64,000 nt of DNA from an uncultured Eggerthellaceae bacterium (GTDB lineage: Bacteria; Actinomycetota; Coriobacteriia; Coriobacteriales; Eggerthellaceae). Positions within the stretch are counted from its first letter, which is position 1; each line of letters begins with the position of its first letter. The DNA is taken from NCBI GenBank assembly GCA_964631345.1, contig CAZVWE010000010.1, forward strand, positions 394 to 64,393, written 5' to 3'. Shown piece by piece: positions 55,110 to 64,000 of the stretch. Under the pieces are notes generated by a model that made no database searches, had not been told where the DNA came from, and worked only from the letters and a program-made list of their open reading frames with translations. The position numbers and the translations under genes are program-made.

Positions 55110-57071
55110 TTACTTTTCTTCGAAGTAGTGCTGCACAGCGTAGCGTGTTATGTTCGATCTGTTGATGATGCCGACCATCTTGTTGCCATCTAAAACAGGC
55201 ATCTTCTTAAGATGATGCTCGGCGAGCATTCTTGCAACAGCACCTATTTCGTCATCGATGTTCGCAGAGATCACGTCTTTTGTGGCAAGTTGGCGTACTG
55301 GTGTGTCCATAGTTTCTCGAACCGTTTGTTCGAAATCGGCATTGCCTAGCTCGACCACAAATGACCATGCGCTCTTGAAAGCGGGAACCTGATCGGCGAG
55401 GCTTCGCATGACATCCCCATCAGAGATGAAGCCCACAAGATGCCCCTCGCCATCGATAACCGGTGCACCGGATATTCCCTTATCGACAAAGAGCTTCATG
55501 GCATCAGCGATCTGATCGTCGTCAGAAATGGCAAAAACATCCGTTTTCATTAGGCTCGCAAGGCTTGGATCAGCAGAAATGCCCGAAGCAATAGCCTCAG
55601 TTGAGACAGCCCTTTGTTCCCAAGACCGATCAGTCGTATCATTGTGCGCGCCGATGCCCACATTAGAACCTGTCGTGGCCGCCGTCTTGCGAATCCAAAG
55701 TGTGGCTCCAAACCCTCTAATCCCAACAACTCCAACGAGAATGCCGACAATCAGCATCCCTATGTATTGAGCCTCTGTAGGCTGCATGCCACCTGCGGCC
55801 ATCTCTATATTTACAGCAGCATAAACGCCTGTAAAAACGGATGATCCGATACAGCCGGCGATCTGAAATCCGGTGGACATGATGGTGACGCCATGCGGGT
55901 TTTCCTCGTAGGTCAACTTCGATAGTGCAAAGCTTTGTACAGGACCGATGATCAGTGCGGAGCCACAGATGACAGGGATATATAGAAGGGCGATCACCAC
56001 TACGCTTGCCGTAGCGATGAATATTCCTGTGAGCACAGAGAACACGGCAATACAGGCAAATCCGAGAGGCAAAAGAATTCCAGGTCCTTGTTTATCGTAA
56101 ATGCGTCCTGCAAGAGGAGAGACTACACAGGAGCACAGTATGGCCGGAAATAACGTAAGCGATGCGATGAGAGCAGGCGTGCCTAGAGCCGATTGCATGA
56201 ATGTTGGGACAATAATATTCATTGCAAAGATCGTGAGTAGTGACAGCATATTTACTACCACTCCGAGAGCAAAAGGCTTAACGCGCAGCGGATTCAAATT
56301 GATGAGGGGGTCATCCAACTTATGCTGGCGCTTCACGAACACTACAAGCGATGCGATTCCCACAATGGCAGCTATTCCAGCTATTCCGATACTTCCTGTG
56401 AATGCCGTGGATACGCCGTAGAGAATTCCTATGAGGGCGATTCCGATAAGAGCCACTGATAGCGCGTCTAGTTTCGGATGGGTAAGATGCGCTACGTCGT
56501 GCAGGATTATCGCTCCTGAAAGTAAGCAGAGCACAGAAAGACCCGCAAAGACCCAGAGCAGTGCAGGCCAAGGCGCTACTGCTAAGATAATGCCTGCTAG
56601 GATGACGCTGGATGATGGCCCCAGAGTGGTCATGGCTCCCATAATGCCCATATAGGTTCCCAATTTCTCTCGTGGGGCGATTTCTAATGTGATGTTCATA
56701 CCGATAGGGATAAGCATTCCTGTACCGAGCGCTTGCACGATGCGTCCTACTAGCAACACGGTGAAATTCTGCGCCAACGCACCGATGATTGAGCCTATTA
56801 CTAATAGGGAAGTGGTGGCACAAAAGAGCGGGCGCGTTGAAATCGAACGATAAGCGAATGCCGACACTGGAACCATGACAGCCGCACCCAGCATGTATGC
56901 AGTAGCAAGCCATTGAACCGTCGATACATCCACAGATAAGCTCTCCATAATCGGTGCGAAACCGACGTTCAAAAACGTCTCATTGAAGGTGGCGAGAAAC
57001 GCTGCGAAGGCCGCGACAAAAAGAGTGGCTGCTGGTTTACGTACGGGCGCTTTCGATGTATTTGTTTGCAT
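55110..57071 (-). CDS. MFS transporter (14-TM DHA2-like) fused to a C-terminal CBS-pair domain
   Basis: About 14 hydrophobic helices over ~470 aa. Two CBS-like repeats follow (GISGAPVIDGEGHLVGFISDGDV and LKKMPVLDGNKMVGIINRSNI). Confidence 0.75.
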   Translation of the reverse strand: MQTNTSKAPVRKPAATLFVAAFAAFLATFNETFLNVGFAPIMESLSVDVSTVQWLATAYMLGAAVMVPVSAFAYRSISTRPLFCATTSLLVIGSIIGALAQNFTVLLVGRIVQALGTGMLIPIGMNITLEIAPREKLGTYMGIMGAMTTLGPSSSVILAGIILAVAPWPALLWVFAGLSVLCLLSGAIILHDVAHLTHPKLDALSVALIGIALIGILYGVSTAFTGSIGIAGIAAIVGIASLVVFVKRQHKLDDPLINLNPLRVKPFALGVVVNMLSLLTIFAMNIIVPTFMQSALGTPALIASLTLFPAILCSCVVSPLAGRIYDKQGPGILLPLGFACIAVFSVLTGIFIATASVVVIALLYIPVICGSALIIGPVQSFALSKLTYEENPHGVTIMSTGFQIAGCIGSSVFTGVYAAVNIEMAAGGMQPTEAQYIGMLIVGILVGVVGIRGFGATLWIRKTAATTGSNVGIGAHNDTTDRSWEQRAVSTEAIASGISADPSLASLMKTDVFAISDDDQIADAMKLFVDKGISGAPVIDGEGHLVGFISDGDVMRSLADQVPAFKSAWSFVVELGNADFEQTVRETMDTPVRQLATKDVISANIDDEIGAVARMLAEHHLKKMPVLDGNKMVGIINRSNITRYAVQHYFEEK

Positions 57072-57323
57072 ATTAAAGGCTTTTCCTTTCCCGCAGCGCA
57101 GAGAACGCCTTTTTGCGACAAAGGAAAAGCGCTGAGGCGTGTATCACGTGCTCGGATTTTCCTGTGCCGTGATCAGATTTACGCGTCTCAGCGCTACATG
57201 TGTCGTTTGCAGTTCTTATATTCAATTGTTTGGGCATTATATCTTTATCCAGGTTTCTCTAATTAAAAATGTTTCTGGAAAACGTCTTTTAATCGCGCTG
57301 AATGGCATGGTTACCATGGCACA

Positions 57324-57346
57324 GAATCCCCTGACATAAGCCCTGA
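57324..57346 (-). repeat. partial copy of the interspersed repeat family
   Basis: On the minus strand this reads tcagggcttatgtcaggggattc and starts 14 nt after the stop at 57360. Compare tcagggtgcgtgtgtcagggga at 62641. Confidence 0.5.
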
Positions 57347-57359
57347 TATATATGGAAGA

Positions 57360-58019
57360 CTACTCTTCAGGGAAGAAGAAACCTGTGGTCATATCCAGAT
57401 AGTTTCCGCCAATATAGTCAGGATACGCGGCCTCGACAGCGGTTTTGAATGACGCGGCATCAGATGCGATTGTTGCAATGCCCTTAAGGGTCTCGAGGTA
57501 ATCTATCTTGGTCTGGACATCTTTGAGATCCTCAGGCGTGTAATGACTTGTGAGCACTAAGTCGTAACCGCGTTGTAGGAAGCCCTCAAGCTGAGCGATG
57601 ATGACATCGGCAGCAGCTGCACCCGGCATGATGGAGTGGCAATCGTGCCCAAGCATATGCAGATATACAGCATTTAACTCAGGGATCTCAATATCATAGG
57701 CCTCATCATTTGGAATGATGTTCAGCTTAATGCTAGCGATTTCGACAGAACCAGCTTCAAGTGTGTTCGTGACGATAGGCAGCGAATTATCGAACGCATC
57801 GCCAAATGCGGCTGTGAAGTTATCGATGAGTGCTTTACCACCACCTTCGTGTCCATAACAATCGGCCTGGGTTGTTGCATACACGGGTACCTCCGGAAGG
57901 AACGTTGCACCAGCCATATGATAGGAGGCAAGAATACCCTCAACAGCAATGTTGTTGTCGGCGAGATAAAAGGTGCTCACCACTAACCTTCGAGATATGG
58001 AGGATTCCGGTCTTATCAT
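57360..58019 (-). CDS. hypothetical protein, probably a 5-prime-truncated gene (possible MBL-fold relative)
   Basis: The first ~17 codons of the ORF are antisense to the HxlR fragment, so they are probably not native. HMLGHDCHS and LTSHY are weak His motifs. Confidence 0.35.
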   Translation of the reverse strand: MIRPESSISRRLVVSTFYLADNNIAVEGILASYHMAGATFLPEVPVYATTQADCYGHEGGGKALIDNFTAAFGDAFDNSLPIVTNTLEAGSVEIASIKLNIIPNDEAYDIEIPELNAVYLHMLGHDCHSIMPGAAAADVIIAQLEGFLQRGYDLVLTSHYTPEDLKDVQTKIDYLETLKGIATIASDAASFKTAVEAAYPDYIGGNYLDMTTGFFFPEE

Positions 58020-58149
58020 TCGTCGAGTCTATGCTGAAGTGCCGCCTCGTGTGGAATATTCGCTAACCGAGATAGGGGAAAGCTTGCGTCCCATAATGGA
58101 CGCCATGTGGAAATGGGGCGAAGGTTATCAGGCAAGAGCCAGTAAGTAA
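57970..58149 (+). pseudogene. 3-prime fragment of an HxlR-family transcriptional regulator
   Basis: Translation in the register of the ORF track gives KVLTTNLRDMEDSGLIIRRVYAEVPPRVEYSLTEIGESLRPIMDAMWKWGEGYQARASK*. A stop lies directly upstream at 57967-57969, and the N-terminal ~50 aa are absent. Confidence 0.6.
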
Positions 58150-58234
58150 GACCACGGTGTCTAGCCGGCGACATCCTGATTCTTTAAGTGTACGAAGGAA
58201 CCTATAGATGTTTTCCAAGTATTTCTCTTGACAG

Positions 58235-58257
58235 TATATACCCCCTAGGGGTATATA
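58235..58257. promoter_or_regulatory. CsoR-type operator (C-run/G-run pseudo-palindrome)
   Basis: tatataccccctaggggtatata, 74 nt upstream of csoR. Confidence 0.6.
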
Positions 58258-58330
58258 GAAACATATACATATACATACATATATATAGACATAGGATGTA
58301 TGAAAGAGAAACCAACGAAAGAGGAATTGT

Positions 58331-58627
58331 ATGGAAGACTGCTGTGTGAAGCACAAGAGCACTCCGCGTTCCGCTGAGCTGCAAGCAGATGTCACGAAGC
58401 GATTAAATCGAGCTATTGGCCAGCTCAATGCCGTGAAGACTATGATCGACGAAAACCGCTATTGCGGTGATGTCCTTACGCAGTTGGCAGCAGCGGAGTC
58501 AGCCGTGAGACGCGTTTCCGAGATGCTGCTCCAAGAGCATATGCGCACGTGTGTGATCGAAGAAATCCGCAATGGAAATGACGATGTGGTTGATGAGGCC
58601 ATGACTCTCATTCACCGTTTTATGTAG
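58331..58627 (+). CDS. csoR: CsoR/RcnR-family copper-sensing repressor
   Basis: 98 aa. LNRAIGQLNAVKTMIDENRYCGDVLTQ...EHMRTCV carries the C-H-C ligand pattern. Confidence 0.85.
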   Translation: MEDCCVKHKSTPRSAELQADVTKRLNRAIGQLNAVKTMIDENRYCGDVLTQLAAAESAVRRVSEMLLQEHMRTCVIEEIRNGNDDVVDEAMTLIHRFM

Positions 58628-58639
58628 AAGGGTAGTGTA

Positions 58640-61051
58640 ATGGCAATGGCAACTGAGACGAAGGGAATCAAAGATCGTCAAGAACAACATGAACAGATTG
58701 ACTTAGGTGATCAACCTACAGCCAGCTTGCGTTTGGCTATTGACGGCATGCATTGCGCAAACTGCGCGGCCAACATAGAGAAGCATTATCGGGAAACTCC
58801 GGGTGTTGTGGATGTGGCGGTCAATCTGGCCAACAACACAGGCAAGGTCACGTTCGATCCAGCGCAAGCCAGCGTGGATGACATGTTGGCTGTGTTTGAC
58901 AATCTCTCATTTACCGCGGAGATTATTCCTGAGGATGCACCGCTTGTGGATGAGAAGCGGCGAGCGAAAGAAGCGGCTCGAGTCAAGCGCGATCGCAAGG
59001 TGTTCGCGGCATCTGCGGTGCTTACGGCAATCATCGTCTGTATTGGAATGCTTCCCGGCTGGCATATGGCTGTGGGAGATGCATTGGCGGGCTTGTTTGT
59101 GGCTGATCCCACGCATGCGCAGGCCATGTTCGCAGCAAATCTCTTGCTTATGGCGCTCACTATCCCTGTTCAATTCTTTTGTGGGGCGCGCTTTTACAAA
59201 GGTGCTTGGGGGTCGCTTAAAGGCGGTTCTGCCAATATGGATGTACTTGTGGCTCTTGGCACTACTATCGCCTTCCTTTTCTCTACTTATATTACTTTCT
59301 TGCCGCTGGCTACAGGTGACTGGGGTCCGGGAAGCGCTGCTATGGAGATCAACGATGGCATGCCATATTTCGAGACGTGCGCCATGCTGATTACGTTCGT
59401 GTTGTTGGGCAAGATGCTGGAAAGCCGTGCGAAAGGGGCAACGAATCAAGCGATCGAATCCCTAATGAATCTGACACCACCTACCGCGCGGGTCGTACGC
59501 AGTGGCGTTGAGCAGGAAGTCCCGCTTTCGCAGGTGGTGGCAGGTGACGTCGTTTTGGTGCGTCCTGGCGAAAAGATGCCCGTTGACGGTGTGATCACCG
59601 AGGGATCGACTGAAGTGGACGAATCCATGCTCACCGGTGAGACGCTACCGGTTTTGAAGACAACAGGGGATGCCGTGACGGGAGGTACCCAGAATACTAC
59701 AGGTTCAGTCACGGTGCGGGCATTACGCGTAGGAGCCGATTCCACTTTGGCGCGCATCGTGCGTGCTGTTGAGGACGCTCAAGGATCGAAGGCTCCCATA
59801 CAACGAATCGCCGATCGTATTGCGGCGGTGTTCGTGCCCGCCATTCTTTTCATCGCGCTTATTGTGTTCTGCGCATGGTTTTTCTTCGTAGAGCCGGATG
59901 CGGCTGCCCATCGTCTGCAGCAGGCACTCATGCCGGCCATTGCGGTCATTTGCGTGGCATGTCCCTGTGCGCTTGGACTGGCAACACCCACGGCGCTCAT
60001 GGTTGGTATGGGTAAAGGAGCGCAGTTGGGCGTGCTCATTAAGGATGGTTCGGTGTTGGAATCCTTGAGCGGGCTTGCGGCAGCTGTGTTCGATAAGACA
60101 GGTACTCTGACCAAAGGCGAACCCACAGTAGTGTCTTGCAACGCGCCTGATGAGGCGCTTCGCCTGGCGGCGGCTCTGGAAGCTAAGAGCGAGCATCCTT
60201 TGGCGCGGGCAGTCGTTGCTTATGCTGATGAACGCGGTCTTGGAGAGTTGCCTGCGGTCGAAAGCTTTGAGGCTGTTGTGGGTGAAGGCGTGCGAGGCAT
60301 TGTGGATGGACATGAGGTGTTCGTGGGCGTGGCGGCGGGTAGTGCAAACGGCGCAGAAAGCCCGGATGGCGTGGCTATGGGAAATTCGGACGACACAAGC
60401 AACATGGCTGATATCGATGCTCAAGGCAGTGCAGGTTCGCTGGTCACAGTGGACGGTCAGGTTGCCGGATGCATCCAGTTCCGAGATGAACCGAAACCGG
60501 ATGCCGCTTCCACAGTGTCAGAGCTTGAGACAGATTTTTCAGTTTCATCCTATATGGTCACTGGAGATGCAGAGCCAGCGGCTCAGGCCGTGGCTACTGA
60601 TGTGGGTATCAGACCAGACCGGGTGTTTGCAGGGGTTAAGCCACTCCAGAAGGCGGATTGCGTGCGTGACGTGAAGAATGCCATGGAAGTAAAGTCAGGC
60701 CTGGACAATGCACCTATAGCTTTTGTAGGCGATGGCATCAATGACGCGCCCGCATTGGCGGCGGCTGACATTGGTGTGGCGTTGGCATCCGGTACAGATG
60801 TTGCTTTGGATGCTGGTTCCGTTGTGTTAATGCGCAACCGTCTGTCAGATCTCTTGGTGGCACTCAGACTCTCGCGAGCCACTATGCGTAAGATCAAACA
60901 GAACCTGTTTTGGGCGCTCATATATAACTGCATCATGATTCCGTTGGCGGCAGTAGGCATTTTGGCACCCGCTTTGGCTGGGGCTGCCATGGCGCTTTCC
61001 AGCGTGTCGGTGGTTAGCAATTCTCTGCTTCTGAAACGCTTCAAGGGGTAG
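58640..61051 (+). CDS. copA: copper-translocating P1B-type ATPase
   Basis: HMA domain GMHCANCA, plus the CPC, DKTGTLT and GDGINDAP motifs. Confidence 0.9.
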   Translation: MAMATETKGIKDRQEQHEQIDLGDQPTASLRLAIDGMHCANCAANIEKHYRETPGVVDVAVNLANNTGKVTFDPAQASVDDMLAVFDNLSFTAEIIPEDAPLVDEKRRAKEAARVKRDRKVFAASAVLTAIIVCIGMLPGWHMAVGDALAGLFVADPTHAQAMFAANLLLMALTIPVQFFCGARFYKGAWGSLKGGSANMDVLVALGTTIAFLFSTYITFLPLATGDWGPGSAAMEINDGMPYFETCAMLITFVLLGKMLESRAKGATNQAIESLMNLTPPTARVVRSGVEQEVPLSQVVAGDVVLVRPGEKMPVDGVITEGSTEVDESMLTGETLPVLKTTGDAVTGGTQNTTGSVTVRALRVGADSTLARIVRAVEDAQGSKAPIQRIADRIAAVFVPAILFIALIVFCAWFFFVEPDAAAHRLQQALMPAIAVICVACPCALGLATPTALMVGMGKGAQLGVLIKDGSVLESLSGLAAAVFDKTGTLTKGEPTVVSCNAPDEALRLAAALEAKSEHPLARAVVAYADERGLGELPAVESFEAVVGEGVRGIVDGHEVFVGVAAGSANGAESPDGVAMGNSDDTSNMADIDAQGSAGSLVTVDGQVAGCIQFRDEPKPDAASTVSELETDFSVSSYMVTGDAEPAAQAVATDVGIRPDRVFAGVKPLQKADCVRDVKNAMEVKSGLDNAPIAFVGDGINDAPALAAADIGVALASGTDVALDAGSVVLMRNRLSDLLVALRLSRATMRKIKQNLFWALIYNCIMIPLAAVGILAPALAGAAMALSSVSVVSNSLLLKRFKG

Positions 61052-61115
61052 TGCGACGAATGTACCTGTATTTACAAATGCACTTGCATTTTTATCGAAT
61101 GGGTATCATAAGCGT

Positions 61116-61820
61116 ATGGTAGTTTTTGAAGCGGAACATATCGGAGTGCAATATTTGCGCGGGGGCAAATCCTTCGTGCCGTTTTCGGACGTGAGTTTTT
61201 CGTTGGAAGGCGGCAGGATCTACGACCTCGCGGGTCCTTCGGGATCGGGAAAATCCACGCTGCTGAGCGCCTGCGCTCTCATGATCCCGCGTACGGGAGG
61301 CGAGATGCGGTTGGACGGTGTTTCCTTCAAAAGCATGAGGCCCGATGAATGGCGGCGTCAAGTGTGTTTGGTTCCGCAGTCGGTGTCGCTTGTTCCTGGC
61401 ACGGTGCGAGATAATCTGTTGTTCCCGTGGACGCTTAAGGTGAATGCTCAAAGCTCGCGACCGACCGACGAGGATTTGACTGAACTCCTGAAGAAGGCAG
61501 CGCTCGACGGGGTAGAACTTGGACATTCAGCCGTGCAACTATCAGGGGGTCAGCAGGCACGCGTGGCTCTGTTGCGCGTGTTCGCCACGCACCCGCGGGT
61601 AATGCTGCTTGATGAGGTGGAGGCGGCGCTCGACGACGAGTCGGCCACTGCGGTCAGTAGGTTGACGCGATGTATGCTTACGAAGGACACGGCATGTCTG
61701 CGCATCCGCCACCGTGTAGACGATGGGTACGCCTATGGCAAACTCGTCCTTGATGACGGTGTGATTACCTACAAGCAGAACCCACCAACAGCGACCAATA
61801 TGCCAGTGAGTGACTTATGA
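61116..61820 (+). CDS. fetA: ABC ATP-binding protein, FetA/YbbL-like
   Basis: GPSGSGKSTLLS, LSGGQQARV and LLDEVEAALD. There is a 4-nt overlap with the FetB-like gene. Confidence 0.7.
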   Translation: MVVFEAEHIGVQYLRGGKSFVPFSDVSFSLEGGRIYDLAGPSGSGKSTLLSACALMIPRTGGEMRLDGVSFKSMRPDEWRRQVCLVPQSVSLVPGTVRDNLLFPWTLKVNAQSSRPTDEDLTELLKKAALDGVELGHSAVQLSGGQQARVALLRVFATHPRVMLLDEVEAALDDESATAVSRLTRCMLTKDTACLRIRHRVDDGYAYGKLVLDDGVITYKQNPPTATNMPVSDL

Positions 61821-62632
61821 TCGGCGGTGTGGTGAACATAGGCTACCCGGAACTGGTGGGTGCAAGCCTTCTTATGCTGGTGGCTGGTATCGTGTCGTGG
61901 AGACTTCAGCTTGGGCAGACGAAGAACATTGCTGTGTCAACGGTGAGGGCGTTTTTACAGTTGCTCGCCATGGGATTCATACTGGTCTACCTGTTTGAGT
62001 ATCAGACGTGGTGGCTTGTCTGTCTAGTGCTTCTGTGTATGTGCGTGGCTGCTGCGCAGATAGCGGTGGGACGCATGAAGTCGGTGGTGCGAGGGCTTTG
62101 GCTGGATGCGTTCCTTGCGATATTCTCATCATCCATATCCGTGGCACTTATAGTGGTCGAATGTGTCATCCATGCCGATCCTTGGTACAGCGCGCAGGTA
62201 TTGATACCCATATCGGGCATGATGTTGGGAAACACATTGGCTTCGGCGGCGGTCGCCATAAACAGATTGTTTGCAAGTATGGACAGCCGTTCGAACGAGA
62301 TCTACATGATGGTGGCGCTGGGAGCTACGCCGCGCGAGGCAGCCTTTCCGTCTATAAAAGCTGCGATAGGCGCTGGCATTACTCCTGAGCTTGCGAAACT
62401 GTCGGCGGCGGGCATTGTGCAAATTCCCGGAATGATGTCAGGTCAGATACTTGCTGGAGCTGACCCAGTGATAGCGGCAAAGTACCAGATAGTGATACTT
62501 CTGATGCTTTCTGCGGCTACAACGCTGGCAATCGTGATGATATGTTTTCTCTCCTACAAGAAGCGTTTCTCGGCAGAAGGGTACTACCTCGCTTCCGCAC
62601 TGCGCGATGACGATGCGCAAGATGTTGCTTGA
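61817..62632 (+). CDS. fetB: UPF0014-family permease, FetB/YbbM-like (putative iron exporter)
   Basis: RAFLQLLAMGFILVYLF and LGATPREA...VQIPGMMSGQILAGADPVIAAKYQIV align by eye with E. coli YbbM. Confidence 0.75.
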   Translation: MIGGVVNIGYPELVGASLLMLVAGIVSWRLQLGQTKNIAVSTVRAFLQLLAMGFILVYLFEYQTWWLVCLVLLCMCVAAAQIAVGRMKSVVRGLWLDAFLAIFSSSISVALIVVECVIHADPWYSAQVLIPISGMMLGNTLASAAVAINRLFASMDSRSNEIYMMVALGATPREAAFPSIKAAIGAGITPELAKLSAAGIVQIPGMMSGQILAGADPVIAAKYQIVILLMLSAATTLAIVMICFLSYKKRFSAEGYYLASALRDDDAQDVA

Positions 62633-62637
62633 TGCGT

Positions 62638-62692
62638 ATGTCAGGGTGCGTGTGTCAGGGGACGTTCACTTTCGACACATCCCCTAACACGC
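62638..62692 (+). repeat. interspersed repeat copy with hairpin potential
   Basis: tgtcagggtgcgtgtgtcaggggacgttcactttcgacacatcccctaacacgc, 6 nt after the fetB stop. The arms are gtgtcagggga / tcccctaacac. Confidence 0.75.
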
Positions 62693-62946
62693 TCATTTTG
62701 TGCGAACCTATTATTGGATTTGGCAAGCATTCGTTGTGATACACTTCAACCCATGAGCACGAGTCTGAGAAATACAACACGGGGGGTCTTCTAGATTCCT
62801 AATCGGCAACAGCATCGTTGCCTGTTCTTGTCTTTCCTGATCGCAGAACAAATCAATCAGTCACAACTTAATAGCCCAGCAATCCTAGACCCTGCTTGTG
62901 CGGGGTCTATTTGCATTATTGACTTAACAAGAGGAAGAGAGTAGCT

Positions 62947-63954
62947 ATGTTTTGTCCGAAATGCGGGAAAGAGGTGCAGGAGGGGTCGGCTTTCTGCGGG
63001 AGTTGCGGGGCGAAGGTCGGCACCGCAGCGCGGAGCGTGACGCTGACGCCAGCGAGCGCTGCAGACGGCGTGGCTGCGGCCGCTGTGGCACCGAAGAAAG
63101 GCAAGGGAAAGGCTATCGCGGTGGCGGTCGTTGCCGTCATTGTCGTGGCAATCGTCGCCATTTTATGCATGAACATCTTCGGTGAGAATGATTCAGACGG
63201 AGTTATTGGCGGAGGCGGAGTCAAAGATTCAGTAAACGACTACAGTTGGGAAGAGCTCTCGAAGATCTCAAATGAAATCGCTGAGACAGGTGACAAAGAC
63301 GCTGCAATAGAAGTAGCCAAGAAATACAACCTGTGCACGTCTGAGGGGAAGCTTGACGGTACCCAAGAGAAGTCGATGACGCTAACCGACGGCACCGAGA
63401 TAGCCGTTCAAATATGTGGATTTGCTCACGATGACAAGACCAGTGGCGGCAAGGCAGGCATTACCTTCATTTTTAAGGATTTCATTTCAACAACTGACAT
63501 GGATTCCGAAAAAACAAATATGGGCGGCTGGGAAGCTGCTCCAATACGTAAATGGCTTAACAGCACGGGTCTAGAGCTACTTCCTGATGACTTAGCGAAG
63601 AACATTGTCGTTGTCGACAAGCTGACGAATAACGTTGGCGAGACCAAGGATGTTTCATCTGTGAGCACCACCTCTGATTCACTTTGGCTTTTCTCCGATA
63701 TCGAACTTGGTGGAGTTTCTAAAGACTGGATACATGAAGAGGGCTCACCTGAACATGCTGTGTTAAATGCAGAGGGCTCAACATACGAGTTATTCGAGAA
63801 TACGGAAGCTGCTACAAGCGAAACCTTGATAAAGAAGGATGCAAAGGGCGGAAATGGCTATTGGTGGGGAAGGTCGCCCAACCCATACAGAGATCCAAAT
63901 AAGTATGGCTTTACTCCTGACTCACACTCGGAACATCCCCTTTACTCCTCCTAA
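62947..63954 (+). CDS. zinc-ribbon/TM protein with DUF6273-like extracellular domain
   Basis: MFCPKCGKEV...CGSCG zinc ribbon, one TM helix and a C-terminal GYWWGRSP motif. Confidence 0.55.
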   Translation: MFCPKCGKEVQEGSAFCGSCGAKVGTAARSVTLTPASAADGVAAAAVAPKKGKGKAIAVAVVAVIVVAIVAILCMNIFGENDSDGVIGGGGVKDSVNDYSWEELSKISNEIAETGDKDAAIEVAKKYNLCTSEGKLDGTQEKSMTLTDGTEIAVQICGFAHDDKTSGGKAGITFIFKDFISTTDMDSEKTNMGGWEAAPIRKWLNSTGLELLPDDLAKNIVVVDKLTNNVGETKDVSSVSTTSDSLWLFSDIELGGVSKDWIHEEGSPEHAVLNAEGSTYELFENTEAATSETLIKKDAKGGNGYWWGRSPNPYRDPNKYGFTPDSHSEHPLYSS

Positions 63955-64000
63955 GGCAGGCGACAAGCAATTGAGGCGCACGGTAAAACAAATCATGTCC

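Noticed and set aside
56320-56913. 197-aa minus-strand ORF in another frame of the MFS gene, with similar antisense ORFs in copA (58907-59449, 59723-60424, 60583-61044)
   Set aside because: These are overlapping-frame artefacts within genes that carry complete, ordered catalytic or transport motifs.
58261-58293. CA/TA-rich microsatellite-like tract between the CsoR operator and csoR
   Set aside because: It is imperfect (acatatacatatacatacatatatatagacata) with no clean unit. It is most simply an AT-rich promoter or leader sequence, and there is no evidence of phase variation from a single sequence.
1-64000. tRNA, rRNA, integrase, transposase or prophage genes as island borders
   Set aside because: None was detectable by eye in any intergenic region or ORF, so no mobile-element feature is reported.

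Overview
64-kb chromosomal window, densely coding on both strands. From gene content alone I infer an anaerobic Gram-positive, Coriobacteriia-like Actinomycetota genome: a sortase-anchored giant adhesin with Listeria-Bacteroides repeats, a cytoplasmic bis-MGD molybdoenzyme and many one-component regulators. I saw no rRNA, tRNA, CRISPR array, transposase, integrase or phage genes. All family names come from motif recognition by eye, not from searches. Hand-counted coordinates of non-ORF features may be off by 1-2 nt. Blocks: (1) 1-5730, 5-prime-partial giant LAETG-anchored surface protein with an HEXXH motif. (2) 5.8-10.5 kb, AAA/DUF4143 ATPase, NCS1 permease and GntP-type permease. (3) 10.6-15.5 kb, two-subunit cytoplasmic molybdopterin oxidoreductase with a divergent LysR regulator. 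(4) 15.7-21.2 kb, SufS facing an operon of small protein, fucose-isomerase-like protein and SufE, with a divergent PucR regulator. (5) 21.2-28.0 kb, operon of DUF364, FecB-type binding protein, SAM methyltransferase, FecCD permease, ATPase and a MoeA-like protein. This is the best candidate here for an uncharacterised system. (6) 28-33 kb, ferredoxin-like protein, GntR-membrane-CPBP module, nucleotidyltransferase and TetR. (7) 33.8-50.8 kb, accessory-looking segment with three Fic genes (two flanked by direct repeats), a response regulator-ABC-histidine kinase module, VapBC, a Ser/Thr kinase and decayed genes. (8) 50.8-64 kb, AEC transporter, Ada/AlkA-Ogt, MFS-CBS fusion, CsoR-CopA, FetAB and a zinc-ribbon protein. 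A short GTGTCAGGGGACGTTCAC-type repeat family recurs at gene 3-prime ends.
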